Below, piece after piece: positions 37,814-50,880 of a stretch of 64,000 bases of DNA. The translations under genes and the position numbers were made by a program. The notes under the pieces were generated by a model. The model had not been told where the DNA came from. It saw only the letters and a list, made by a program, of their open reading frames with translations, and made no database searches. The stretch comes from Podarcis liolepis (taxonomy: Eukaryota): assembly GCA_965112155.1 (NCBI GenBank), contig OZ218098.1. One strand, written 5' to 3'. Position 1 is the first letter of the stretch. Each line of letters opens with the position of its first letter.

Positions 37814-40494
37814 TATAACGTGTACACAGATAGGTGTTTTGCCTACGACCAGCATCATGTTTCAACCAAAACTGATTTAAGATTGTAACTCACAGAAGCT
37901 CCAGAACTTTGGGGGAGGAGTGTGCAGAGACAGAGAAAAGGGGGAGAGAGAGAGGTAAGGATTCATCTTGTGTACAACCACTTAGCTCAATGTAAAGTAA
38001 GAAAATTCTGAATGACTGCCAGGTTTCAAAGACACCTCTTAAACATCAACAGATCAGACAAGGCAAAGCCTTGGATTTATGAAAGCATCCAGCTCAAATC
38101 TGCTTTTGGAATCAGCAAAACCATACTGAGTTTACTACTAGCTTGATAATGACCAACACATATTACCTAACTTTGCCTTGACCTTGTACGGTGACATTCT
38201 CTCTTGCTTGCAGAGTAGGCAGCAGCCAGGTCTAGCAGGCTCACCATGAAGGCATGGATCATGCAAACCCATGGTGAGAGACAGAGCCTTTTCAGGGTTG
38301 GCCCCCTATTTATAGAAGATTATCTCCCATGAAGTACTTATGTCCTCTTTATTAGTGAGTTTTTAAATACATTTTTATTTGCATCCATCCATCCATATAA
38401 TTTTAAACTGTTGATTTCATGTTTTTGTATGACTGGTTTTGTATGCCACCTTGTGAGGATATATGTCCTGAAAAGTAGGATATAAATCATGTAATTGATA
38501 AATATATTTCCAAAACAAATGGAAATTTTGTATTCCATTTTATTTGTATTTGGCAAATTTTACTTACACAGGGAGTGTAGGAGCCCAGGAGAGTGTGTCA
38601 TCATAGGGCTAATGTAAAACAAGGGTCAGAAGCCCGTGACCACCTATCATATCACCACTTGGGAGTCTTCACTGGGAATTTTTAGCCAATTTTTAGTCAA
38701 GTGGTACCCTAAGCCGTGTATCACCACACTGCCTCTTTCCTCATTATAGGCTCACAGTCCTGCCTGCCCAGTGGGTAAAGTTCTATAGGACTACTGGGGC
38801 AGCAGTATTGTACCATAACAACAGGATTACAATGAACATATGATTATCTTGAGATGCTATATTACACCTAATCCAAAGAAGCATTCAGACATGTGTTTTT
38901 AAACATATATGCACACAAACAGAGAAGTTTAGATATGTTGCAAAATGTCACAATCACTGGCACAGTTCGACAGAATTCAAAGAGTCTGGAATTAATTCTC
39001 TTCTTTCTCCCCAAGTCAATACAATATTTCTGTTTTCATCGTATGTGTGACTTGCTCCATAATTGTACTTCAAGAAACCAAATTTTTATGCTTTTGATGG
39101 TTATTTTTTTAAGCTTATTTGTTTAAGAAAGGTTTATCTTATTCCTACATTCACTCATTGAACCCATCTCCCTCCTCTCCTTCAAAGTCCTCCTCAAACA
39201 TTTCACCAAGCCCTTCTGAACCAGAATTTAACTGGCCTCTATCCAAAGCTATTGCTTTATCAAATCCTTTCTGCCCTCCCCCAGCAACACAGACAAACTT
39301 CTAAGCCCTCAGGTCACACATCAGGTCATGCCTGTGTTTCTGCCATGCTCTATCTACCACACTGAGGAGCAGTTAACTACTAAGAGCACCTTAATTTCCC
39401 ACAAAGCTCATTTCAGATTTTCAAACCACATCACTTTGCACCTTATCGTCTAAATGAGACTCTTCTTTTGAATTAGTTTTGTATGTCAAGAATATAAATT
39501 ATGTTTTACACACCAAACAAAGTGAGAAATGACCCTGTAGAATTATAATTTTGAAAAGAAGGAGGTAAATTTTTTGTGCTGAATTATTGTCTGAATGTAT
39601 AGTATATTCAGGAGGTAATAGTTTATATTATTTATATGATTTAAATCCAGAGACTAATGGTGTCACCCTTAAGAACAAGTCAATAGCAATTGTGCTTATT
39701 CAAACTGAGGTGTAATATGAGTTTTGTTAGTAAAGAGTACAGAATTATATTGTGCTATAATGTTAAAAATATTTATAATAATTCCTGCAAAATAATTATT
39801 TATTAGTATTTGGAAAGGAGAATAACAAAAGCATTTTCAGCACTTTTGGACAGACGGAGGCCTTTTTCCTTCCCAAAGAGCCCAATTAAACTGCATGTAT
39901 GATGAAAGTACAACTACCTTTTAGTTAGACCACTATCAGTCTGAAGCAATGAATCTGATCATGCTTATAAGTAGACCCGTTGAAATCAATTGACTTAAGT
40001 TACTATCAAAGGAATCCTAACAACAGAAAGTCTGTCTAAGTTGTTAATTTACCCCTATTCTAAACTCTGTTCATGAGGTAATTGACTTACACCACTATAA
40101 GTGGTGGATTACTAGGTCGTGTGACTGAACTGAAAGGAGTTTGGAATAGATGTTAGTCTCTCTTTGCCCTGTCCAGCTCCTGTCACAACCCTGCCATGCC
40201 CCTGGAATGCCCCTTTTTGGGGATTTGTGTCAACATAAATTCCACCATCTTAAGTTCCACCAGCTAAGATAAGGTGAGGGACTTTCACAGATGTATCTCC
40301 AGCTCAGCTGGGGTGAGACACTTTTCTGGCATAGACCCAGCCGAGCCCAAATTCAACCAGGAAAGCCCAAGTTCTTCCACATCCAAACTCTCGCATCCCA
40401 GTGGGGTCTTGGTTTTGGATTGTGCTGTTAGTCTGGAGCCAACACAACAATGTTGTGCTTTGAGCTGCAATAATCAAAGAAATGTCTGCCATTT

Positions 40495-40885
40495 TATCCT
40501 GGTTTTCACCTACATACCTACCTATTTACATAATCTCTTAAGAAAAAATTCTAAAGCTATGCACAAGAATTCATTCAGGCAACAATAAAAACAGTATAAA
40601 AATAACCATTTAATCCCCAAAATGTATGTATTTATTTAGAAAAGTATTTATATACTGCCATAAAATATACCAAGGCAATGTCTACAACCAAATATAAAAC
40701 ATCATTTAAAATTTGAATAAATACAGATAATCCATTCAGGTGACTGACTAATGATGAATTCAAGATTACAAGAAGCATAACTGAGACCACACCTCTGGAA
40801 AGGTGTGTCTAAATAAAAAGTTTTCAACAGGAACTCAAAGATCACCTCTGTCTAATTTGTACAGGGTGGGAATTCCATAAAGAAG
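40495..40885 (-). mobile_element. Degraded L2 3' fragments
   Basis: AATAAAAAGTTTTCAACAGG...GGGTGGGAATTCCATAA (reverse of LWNS.P...LKTFLF) plus AT-rich 3' tails. Confidence 0.5.
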
Positions 40886-41005
40886 CAAATTCCAATATAC
40901 ATATACTAATAGGATGGCAACTTATTCATCACAAAAAAGGAAAATAATGATAATTATTCATACGAAGATGCAGATTATGACCTAATTGCTATAATTCAAA
41001 TAGAA

Positions 41006-41135
41006 ATTGGGATGGCTCAGTTGGTAGATCATGAGACTCTTCATCTCAGGAATGTGGGTTCAAGCCCCACATTGGGCAAAAAAAATTCCTGCATTGCAAG
41101 GAGCTGGCTTCAAAGCCCTTGCTCCCCCTTCCCAT
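41006..41135 (+). mobile_element. tRNA-Lys(CTT)-derived SINE or tRNA pseudogene with truncated CR1-like tail
   Basis: GGCTCAGTTGGTAGATCATGAGACTCTTCATCTCAGGAATGTGGGTTCAAGCCCCACATTGGGC closely matches vertebrate tRNA-Lys-CTT with CpG decay, followed by ATTCCTGCATTGCA. Confidence 0.8.
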
Positions 41136-42629
41136 GGTTCCTTATCTTTAAACCTGAAGTGGACTCCTTCAAGTATAGGATTGTTCGCTACACCATAGGT
41201 CACATGGCCACCTATATGTCATTTTGGTCACTACTTGGTATCACCATTTCCATATCCTGTCCCATTTAGCTTTTATACATGCCAAGATGCTGACACCAGA
41301 CTTCTAATATAGAATTAATTTGTGCCCTCTTGTATCACATGGAGCGGAAATGCTACTTAACCCGAGGATAAACTTAGTCTCTTAAAAGTTCTATTGAATA
41401 TCTTTCATGTTCCTTTATGCCTTTATGCATAAATTTTGTTACAGGAGCTGATATACATTGGTTTAATCAAATTACTTCTTCAAAGATTCATTTGGGGCAA
41501 TTGGATAAATGACAAATCAGGAGAACAAAGTGGGGTCTACAACAAAATATTGCAGTGTATGTCCCACCCTCTAAGGACAGTTCTCTTGTTCAGGAATCCA
41601 GCCAACCTGAAAGAGAAGTCTTGTTATACTATTCAACCCTGGGGCTGGAAGTTTCAGGAGTTGCAAAGAAGTGAAGGTCACACCCTTCCCAGGCCTATTC
41701 CCGCTGTGCCATAGAGTGGTAGGCTGCTGCTCCCAACCCAAGCATGTTATGGCTACATAGCCAAGAATGTAGTTCTTCTAGAGTGGGAAAGGGGGAATAC
41801 ACATCCACTAAACATCCCTGTATAATGCAAGGTTTCGCTTTTTTAGTACAGGATGAGAATTTATTAACTTCAAGACATGCATCCTCACAAAACCAAATTC
41901 ACCTCTCCTCTTCAGAAGAAAGCAATGGCATGTTGGGATGGAGGCAGTGGTGACTTCCTGGTGGTTGCACTGCACCTGTGAGGTCAGAGGAGTTTGGGGT
42001 TAGCAGCAGCCCCACGGGTGCCCAGTGCCATCACCAGGAGGATACCACTCCCTCCACCCTTATCCAAAAGCAACAGCTATCCAGGGTACTTCATATACTC
42101 TGTTAGGGCTTGAACAGGTCAATTTGCTCTCTTTCCCTGCCCTCCTTTATCCTTGACTGATATCCTAATATTCTGTCTCTCTAATGTTGTCTGCCATAGG
42201 CTTAACATATAAATTTGCACAGTGTGCCTGCATTCTGGGTTCTTTACACCACCTTTCTCATTCTCTAGGCCCAACTGGCATTCTTTTCTAAAAGCTCACA
42301 GGTGACTCAAGACACTCTAGACTAGACACTCTGTCACTCTCTGCCATGTTGTAGGGATAAAATGGGATAAACTATGTCTGTTGCCCCATGACCATTGGGA
42401 AAGAGCAGGAGTTGGGTTTCCTTTGAGAACTGTGCACAAAACATTAACCAGCCCACAGAAGTAGTAAGTGGCATTTATTATTTTGTTTACAATGTCACTT
42501 GTCTTGTTTTGCTTTTTAGCACCGAAAGCATCTATCTTGATTCTCCCTTCTCTCTTACGCTGATTACTTACATTCAAGAAAAACCATGGTATTGAAGAAA
42601 ATAAAAAAGCAGTTTTACATAAAGTTGAA

Positions 42630-42925
42630 TTATTATGAATATGCTGTTTGCTGCTGCCAAGATTGTGTTGGCTAGGCACTGCAAAAGTGAAACAATACCA
42701 TCTATGAAGAAAAAGCTGATCAAGGCTTTAGAGATTGCCAAAATTGATACATTGACTGATAGCATACAAAGAGAAATGGACTATTTCATCAGTTCCAGCC
42801 CTAGATAAATGGAGTACAATACTACAGATTATGCACGGAGGGCGGGAGGAGTTCATTGGAGAGAAGTTTGTTTTTATATTTTGACATCATTTAATAAAAT
42901 AAAATTTTAATAAAACAATAAAATA
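42630..42925 (+). mobile_element. L1-clade LINE ORF2 C-terminal relic with A-rich tail
   Basis: The frame from 42635 reads MNMLFAAAKIVLARHCKSETIPSMKKKLIKALEIAKIDTLT, like the non-mammalian L1 end motif AAR..IA..WK....P....W...V.EIA.M.KLT. AATAAA-rich tail at about 42893-42925. Confidence 0.75.
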
Positions 42926-43760
42926 ACATTTGCAGAACTCCACAGGTTCCCTAGAGGGCCATGCCTGACAGAGGTACTGAGAGAGGAAAGGAAGGGATCT
43001 GCAAATAAGCTTCAGCTACCTTTTCTAACAAACATTAACAAGGTTCCAAATAACAGAACATGAATGGAAGTTACCCATAGACAGTTTAGGTTGTATCCAA
43101 TGAAGTCATCACACTAGCACAAGGACTTCTACTCCCTTTCCACAACCACCACAAATCTCCAGAGAGTTGGGGAACCCCTAGAACAGATTTGGTGTGTTTG
43201 TGTACATGTGTACATGGGGCACACAGGAAGAGAAAGTCTCTCTGCACAGAAAGAAGTCCTTGCACTAACAGGACCACTTCCTTGGACACAACCCTATGGT
43301 TTACATTGCTTGCCTTTATATAGTGCAATGATTTACTACATAATTTTATTACTTGTTTTTCCAGGGTTAAATTATTTTTGGACGATTTACCTAATTGATT
43401 TCTTTTTTTATTGTTTTTGCCTTTAAAAACTATATGTGCAACTTAATTCTTTCTACACATTTCTCAGAAAAAGTTATAACCAAAAATGGAGATGTTATTT
43501 ATGTTTGAATTCTCCTAAACTCCTTTGCTGTCTATGATTCAGAAATGCCATCTGCTAGAGTTTAATTTAATAGTTTGAATACTTAGTCCTGCTTTATAAA
43601 ACCAGTAGTTGTTATGAAGGGGCTGACAAAAGGGTCAAAATAGATATTTCTAGGGAAACTAACTAGAATGCAAATCCTGAAGCTATAGATTCTGCATTGT
43701 CTGTATTTTCTATTTATGAATATACAGCAATAGCTTAATTGCTGAAGGCAAGTGGCAAGT

Positions 43761-43797
43761 GGAGTATGTTGGGTTTGGAGTATGTTGGGTTTGGAGT
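43761..43797. repeat. 16-bp tandem duplication GGAGTATGTTGGGTTT
   Basis: About 2.3 copies visible. Confidence 0.9.
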
Positions 43798-44165
43798 TGT
43801 GAGCCATGTATAACTCACTAGATGGCTTTGGGAAACGACTACATCTCACCATATCATACCTCACAAGGTTGAAATGATAACCATATCATAACTTTGTAGA
43901 ACACTTTTACTCAACCAGTAACATACCACTGACAAAGAGACCCAAATCTTTAATAAACGGGAGGGGAAGCATTTCAGCATGCAGCAGAAGTGGTGGGTAA
44001 GGTGTGGCGGACAGGTGGGGGCAGGGACAATTCTGATTCTTCCTATGGCAAAGCAGGTATGTGAGAATTGCAAGCGCAGGTGTAATCATAGATCTCCATC
44101 ATCTTTCACAACAATTATATTAACTTTTTAAAAATCCAGTGCCAGGAATGCTCTTAATCCTTCTA

Positions 44166-44174
44166 TAATAAATA

Positions 44175-44210
<36 letters not shown>

Positions 44211-45157
44211 TTTTATTTATACCCCGCCCTCCCCAGCCAAGTCCGGGCTCAGAGCGGCTATAACAAGCAATAATAAAAACAAGTTGAATGATTACAACTT
44301 AAAAACAAAATTAAAATACAACATTAAAATATTGAAACATTAAAATATTAAAATGTAGCCTCATCGCAGGGGGAGAAGGAAAGGAAAAAAAGAAAGAGAG
44401 GGAGGGAGGGAATCAAATTGGCTCCAAGCCAAAGGCCAGGTGGAACAACTCTGTCTTACAGGCCCTGTGGAAAGAAATCAGATCCTGCAGGGCCCTGGTC
44501 TCATGAGGCAGAGCGTTCCACCAGGTCGGAGCCAGAGTTGAAAAGGCCCTGGCTCTGCTTGAAGCCAATCTAACTTCCTTAGGGCCTGGGACCACTAGGG
44601 TGTTGCTATGTATGGACCTTAAGGCTCTCCATGGGGCATACCGGGAGAGGCGGTCCCATAGGTATGAGGGTCCTAGGCCGTGAAGGGCTTTAAAGGTCAA
44701 AAGCAGCACCTTAAATCTGACCCTGTACTCTACCAGGAGCCAGTGCAGTTTGAAAAGCACTGGGTGACTATGCTCCCATGGCAGAGACCCCGTGAGGAGC
44801 CTCGCTGCAGCATTCTGCACCCTCTGGAGTTTCTGGGTCAGCTTCAAGGGCAGCCCCGTGTAGAGCGAATTACAGTAGTCAAGCCTGGAGATGACCGTCA
44901 CATGGATCACTGTGGCCAGGTCGGGGCGGGAAAGGTAAGGGACCAATTGCTTGATGTGGCGAAGGTGGAAAAATGTCTCCTTGGCTGTTGCTGTAACTTG
45001 CGCCTCCATGGAAAGGGAGGCGTCAAGGATTACACCCAAACTCTTAACGGAAGGCAATGGCACTAATTGGGCCCCCGCAAGAGAAGGGAGTTGGTCTCTC
45101 ATCCCCATGCCATCCCGACCCAGCCATAGGACCTCTGTCTTCAAAGGATTTAGTTAG
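44166..45157 (-). mobile_element. Young 5'-truncated L2 LINE (about 1 kb)
   Basis: (TAA)n tail at 44166-44210, 3' UTR, and an open ORF2 C-terminus. Truncated at the LNPLKTEV motif just downstream of the RT core. Confidence 0.95.
44413..45144 (-). pseudogene. L2 ORF2 C-terminal fragment (243 aa, uninterrupted)
   Basis: KTEVL...VKSLGVILD..LSM..QV...SRLDYCNSLY.GLP..LQRVQNAAARLL...LHWL.V..R..FK...P.YL...RAFS..AP..WNALP motifs. Confidence 0.93.
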
Positions 45158-45409
45158 TGATAGTGATATCAATGATGATTTCTGTAGTGACATAGCCTTT
45201 TCAGACTCCTGGTAACTAGAATGTAGTTAGACCTTTGGATAATGCAGTTGCTCATTTAAATGGATCTTATGCTGAATTGTTGTGCATCCAGGAAACTGTG
45301 TTTTCAAAACCTTAAATTTTAAATCTAGTCTTGAATTAGGAAGCATAATTTAAGGGAGAGTTAATCCTTAGAAAAGTGTGCATACATTCCTAAAATATTG
45401 CCCCACTAA

Positions 45410-45730
45410 TCACAGAGCTCTGCAGGAGGGGGTCTCCTACAAATACCATCTCACCTGAAAGTCTGTTACATAAAACATAGGAATAAACCCTTTAGTGTGG
45501 CAAAACCTATCCTTTGGAACTCCCTCCCATTACATATCAGGCAGGTGCCATATCTCTTTTTGGTGCCTATTTCCTCTTTCAACAAGCCTTTATCTTAGTC
45601 TGCATCTATACTGGATTTTAAATGGCTTTTCTATGAGTTTTTATTGTTGATATTTCTTATTGTAAAGTCAGTGTGGGACGTTTCATGGGACTGCCTCAGC
45701 AGAGAGGTCTACATGCAATAAATGAAATCA
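45410..45730 (+). mobile_element. Older L2 3' fragment, opposite orientation to the 44166 element
   Basis: The plus frame reads RNKPFSVAKPILWNSLPLHIRQ...FLFQQAF, followed by a T-rich 3' UTR. Confidence 0.75.
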
Positions 45731-48055
45731 ATACTATCTATGTACATGTGTACAGTAGGATAAGACAGCACTCTCCAAACAATGGGGGCATCCAACGAAG
45801 TGAAAAAAAACATTTCTAATGCTCATTTCTTTTATATTACCGCCTAACTAGAAAATATGGAGTATGAAGATATTATAAGGGGAGAAAATATGGCAGGTGA
45901 GAAAAGCATTTCCCTTACCACTGATTAGAACATTTAGGTGAGTATGCAAATGTTACCTTGCCTCGTCACAGGCTGCCTTTCTGCTCTAGCAGTGTCTCGT
46001 GAAAGGTGTCATCAGAGAAGAAGCCAACAAGGCAGCATCTAGTAGGTCTATTAAAAACAAAGACAGAAAATAAGTTGAATAATTGTGAAATAATAGCAAT
46101 CACAGGTTAATGGTTTAATCTACGTGACTGCTTGACTAGCTGAACCTTTGGTCTGATCATCTAGATCTTCTTTTGTTCTTATTTTAATGGGAGAGTGTAA
46201 GGTGTGCAATAAAGTGCTAAGTTGTGGCTTGATCACCCTCTAGTAGCAGATGTCTTTTAAAAGTTGTTATCGTATGGAAATGGTCATCTGTTTCCACCTT
46301 TACTCTCTTGAAGTCCTAAGGGAACTTTCTCCACACTGAATTAATGTAGCTCCCTTGTAGAATTCAGGCACTTACTCCCCAATATGGATCATTTTATTCC
46401 TTTTGTCAGAAAAATACCATTTAGTCTAAAGCAGTCTATATATCTTGCACGAGTTTTATTTTCATTTACAAAGTAAACAAGTCAAAAATAAATTCTTGCA
46501 TGCAGAAAGACACAGAAGTAGCTCATATATTTTGTAAGTTGGTGGATGGTTTCTCAGACAGATCCTAAATGTAATATGTACACCGTTTTATTCTTGTGCT
46601 TTCACTGAATGTTGTTAAACTGTCCAGCCTACAAGTTGGAACTATATGACATTGCAAAAGCTGTACTGTTTTTAGATGCCGAGCACTCTGTGATGTCTTC
46701 CATCTGGAGAGGAATACAGGATTAAAATAAACATCAAATTGTGGAGATCACAAGGGGCAATTTGTCAGCAGGAAAAGGTAGAGAGGGATCAGTTACCACA
46801 GTGTATTGCTACAGTGCCAGCAATGCAGCATCTTTTAGAGTTCATGGAGACAGTGCGCCTGACTAATGATCTTATTAGAGCACTACATAGCAAAGAAAAC
46901 AGGGCCTTAAGAAAAGATGGAGCAGAGAAAACATTGCAGGAAGTGTAAAATTCTTATAGCAGAAATAATGTCTTGCTGCTATAATACATACACACTGCAA
47001 TATCTAGAAGAGCTCAAAGGAGTGGTCAGCAGAATGTGTGTTTGTGAAGATCCATGACAGGTCAACAAATCTCTTTCTAAGGAAATAATTATTCTTACAG
47101 AATGTCAACCCTTGCAAGGCAGAAACAGGACAGGTGCTGACATTCTCCAAAAATGCCATTTTAAATTCATCCATGTCTAACACTCTGGGGAGTATAATTC
47201 ACCCTTATGAAATATCAGCCTGAGGTTGTGAGTGTCTTCTTTGGTTTAGGAATATTTCCACTGACCACGTCTGAAGAAAGAAAGGTGAGAAAAGGATGAT
47301 AAATAGTCTCCAGTCTTACACAGTCCTCTGCCTCTGGCCACAGCTTCTCAAATAAAGGAAAAGGAAGAGTTCACATTGGTGATTTTAGGTTCAGGGGTAT
47401 ACTTGGAAATTATTCAGAACACAGTAGGGCAGTACTGCAGCGCAGCACTATAGTAACTCTGGAGATCTGTGCAGCTATTTAACCCATGCATAAGCTCCTA
47501 ACAGGCTGAGGATACCATGCACAGCCCTGTGGTAGCATTTGTAGAAGTGCCAAGACAAGAGAGACCTTTTCCAGTTAGTACACTAAACTGTGGATTGGCA
47601 TCCAATTGCCTTGTAAAGGGTTCTGTTATGCCCTGCTAATTTGTCAAGATCAGATCAATAGTCTCTATATTAAAATGTGTTTATTCGTTCGTAGAAGTTA
47701 CTTCTTCATATTTGGCTATGTTTTTAATACAGTAAAAAAAAGGCATAAAGGTACTTCAAACAAAAGTAAATTCACAGAGAAGATATAATCTTACAACTGT
47801 TATTATATCATCTAGTAGCTTTTATGATTTCAATTAACTAGTAGCTTGTTCCAAGAACATTTAAATACTTACGATTTGATAACTATGGTTAATCTTCATT
47901 CAACCTAAGATTACGCAGAGTAATTACATGTAAACAGGAAAATGAATTGAATAATACTCCCTGTTCCACTGTCGGACACTATATTGTGTATTGTACAGTA
48001 TATACAATTAGCATTATATTGCTAAGCTAAAAATATTGGTGAAGATCTAAAAATG

Positions 48056-48379
48056 NNNNNNNNNNNNNNNNNNNNNNNNNNNNNNNNNNNNNNNNNNNNN
48101 NNNNNNNNNNNNNNNNNNNNNNNNNNNNNNNNNNNNNNNNNNNNNNNNNNNNNNNNNNNNNNNNNNNNNNNNNNNNNNNNNNNNNNNNNNNNNNNNNNNN
48201 NNNNNNNNNNNNNNNNNNNNNNNNNNNNNNNNNNNNNNNNNNNNNNNNNNNNNNNNNNNNNNNNNNNNNNNNNNNNNNNNNNNNNNNNNNNNNNNNNNNN
48301 NNNNNNNNNNNNNNNNNNNNNNNNNNNNNNNNNNNNNNNNNNNNNNNNNNNNNNNNNNNNNNNNNNNNNNNNNNNNNNN
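48056..48379. other. Assembly gap (324 N)
   Basis: Run of N. Confidence 1.
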
Positions 48380-50757
48380 GGCTACATGTTGAATCCTGGC
48401 CACAAGGGCCTTTGACGATGCAGTCTTTTTTAACATGGTTTGACAGCTTTCAAATAACATTCTACTATAGGCTTTAAACTTTGTGCATTGCTGTAAAACA
48501 TGAGACTACATAACTCATGTATTAGGAGTACAATTATTTCCAAGCTCTCCAAGGTAATGACCCCCTGTAGCAGCAGCTGTTCAGAAAAATTACAGGCTCA
48601 ATTGTTATTTTAATCAGAGAGAGTTTAGTTGTTAAAAGCAGTTATGCAACTTGTAAAATTATATGACACCTCATCAGTGCTTTCTCTGCAGCATCCTTTA
48701 GCCAAAAAGAAAAAAGAAAAGAAAAATATAAAGCACCACAGCTTGGGCTTATTAGTAAAGCTTGGTACTCGGTCATTCATAAAAAATTCAAAGCCATTTA
48801 TTAGTGTGGTTTCCGTGCAAGGCAAGGTAATGTTTAAATTTACGATGACTCTTATCAGCTCCATGAGTGTTTCAAAATATCTGCTGGGTTTGCGAAACAT
48901 CCAATTTTTCTCTTTTAAGACCAGGTTTTCCTAATCCAAGTAGCTTAGTCAGTGTCAGAAAGCCAAGATGGACTTTATGGTTTTGCAGGGGAGAAACAAC
49001 TCAGATTATTCACAGGAACCTAGCACACCACGTATAGCAATTCAGAAAAAAATATGGAAAGCATAACCTGATAGTTAACATGGTACACTTGCCATACAAT
49101 CTCCCATTTGTTACTGTATCTTGAGCTGATACCATACAATGGACACTGGCACTTAGGATGGATCTGTAAATCACAAGCCTGAGTAGCCCAAGACCTTTCA
49201 AATAGATCTGTCATGTAAGTTTCTGTACTAGGCTGTATGTTGTTCAGTAACAGCTTACTTGTACTCTAGAAAAGAAGGGAAAATTTATGTTTTCAAACAC
49301 AGCTAACCAAGAGTTTGTCACAAAACAGGCCATGTGGACATAATTATCAAGTACATGCTACGCTGACAGTGGCAAGTATCAAGTTATTTTAACAGCAGGC
49401 CTGGCAGCTTCAGTACTTTATAATCATTTGTTTATATAAGACCAAATACAAATATATACTTTGCCTCCAGAAGCTTCAGTTGTGATGCTGAATATGGGTT
49501 AGATCCAGAATTGCTCTTCCACAGATCTTAAAAGGAAAGTGGCTCAGTAAAATGATCAAGTGATAGTCTAATAAATTTATAGGGTTGGATCTAACTGTCT
49601 CATTAGCAGAACCCCACTCATTGGATGCTCCTGTTGGAAGAAGCAGGGAAGCAATTTTCACTAATTCTTCCTTACCCCTGCAACCTTCGCATCACTTTCC
49701 ATGCTGATTCAGAACATCCACTAACCCTTGGAAGTAGCTTTTCAGGGGCCACAGGGCAGAAAGGAGAACTGGCAAAAATCACCTGTCTCCTTACAACAGA
49801 AGCATCATGATAGCAGAGTTTTGCTGAAGGAATCCTGCTTAGAAGTTGAGGATAAAACATTTTACTAGGTCACTTTCCTTTAACATATAGTTAACACTAA
49901 GGAGATATTTTTATTCGTTCATATTTTTAAGTATATGCCTCTTTTAAATAATGCCAGAACTGTCTTCTCAAATGACTGCTTTGCTAAGACCTGGAAATTA
50001 TCTTAGCAAATGTTTTAGGTGTCAATTTCCATATTATGGTTTCATATAAAAATGTCTTCCCTCCTTTAACCAAGCTTGGCTGTATCATTCCAGGAGAATA
50101 ATTGTGTTTGGGTATTTTTTCATCCAAACATTGACTTCAAGGCACATTTTTCAGGCAGGAGAAACCATGCCGGTATGCCATTCTGATGTTACAGGACAGA
50201 ATATTCTCATATACAACTATAGAACTGTGTGTGCAAAAATATAAACTTATGAACCAGCTTTTAAACTCTGCTGATTATTTAATCAACTCTCTTTCCTAAA
50301 ACATCTCCTTCCCACCCTGGGGCAGTATACTTCATGAATCTCCTCCTGACTTCCAGATATAAGAAGAAGAGAGAGAAGAAGCTGTCCTTCAATTGCCTTC
50401 AGATGTTCTAAAGAAGTAGTCAATGAGGAAACACAAGTGAGATGTGCTTCCAATATAATGCTCAAAATGGAGCTTGTATGGTGGGTGACGTACGCAAACT
50501 CTGGGCATGGTAACAATTGTACTGCATCACACTGTTGTGAAAAGGAAGGGTCTGCAATCAGAACAACCGCTTGATTTAGTTCAGATGCTGGTACGATTTT
50601 ATATTCAGGTTGAACTTACTGTTTGTCATTCTGATTGTTTTTTAAGGATTGATAACTTTGGTAGAAATGCAATCAAAATTGCCAGGTCTGAATTCTCGCT
50701 CTTTGGAATTCTGCTGTGTAACACTGTGCTTATCCCGTTAATCAACCAATCAACCAG

Positions 50758-50880
50758 TCAATTAATTAATTAATTAAATTAATATACCACCCTTTATCTG
50801 AAGATCCCAGGACAGTTTACAATATAAAAACACAATAATATATAGCATATTAACAAACAAAAACAATACCCCCACACTCC
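50758..50880 (-). mobile_element. L2-type 3' terminal fragment with (TTAA)n tail
   Basis: ATACCACCCTTTATCTGAAGATCCCAGGACAGTTTACAAT resembles the reverse L2 3' stem-loop end. Confidence 0.55.

Noticed and set aside
41006-41078. Functional tRNA-Lys gene
   Set aside because: The acceptor stem is broken, the B-box and anticodon loop are mutated, and it continues into a SINE tail.
44680-45157. Plus-strand ORFs of 128 and 68 aa
   Set aside because: Antisense shadows of the L2 ORF2.
50283-50516. Open frames on both strands with exon-like boundaries
   Set aside because: A purine-rich low-complexity stretch inflates openness, and the product is not recognisable.
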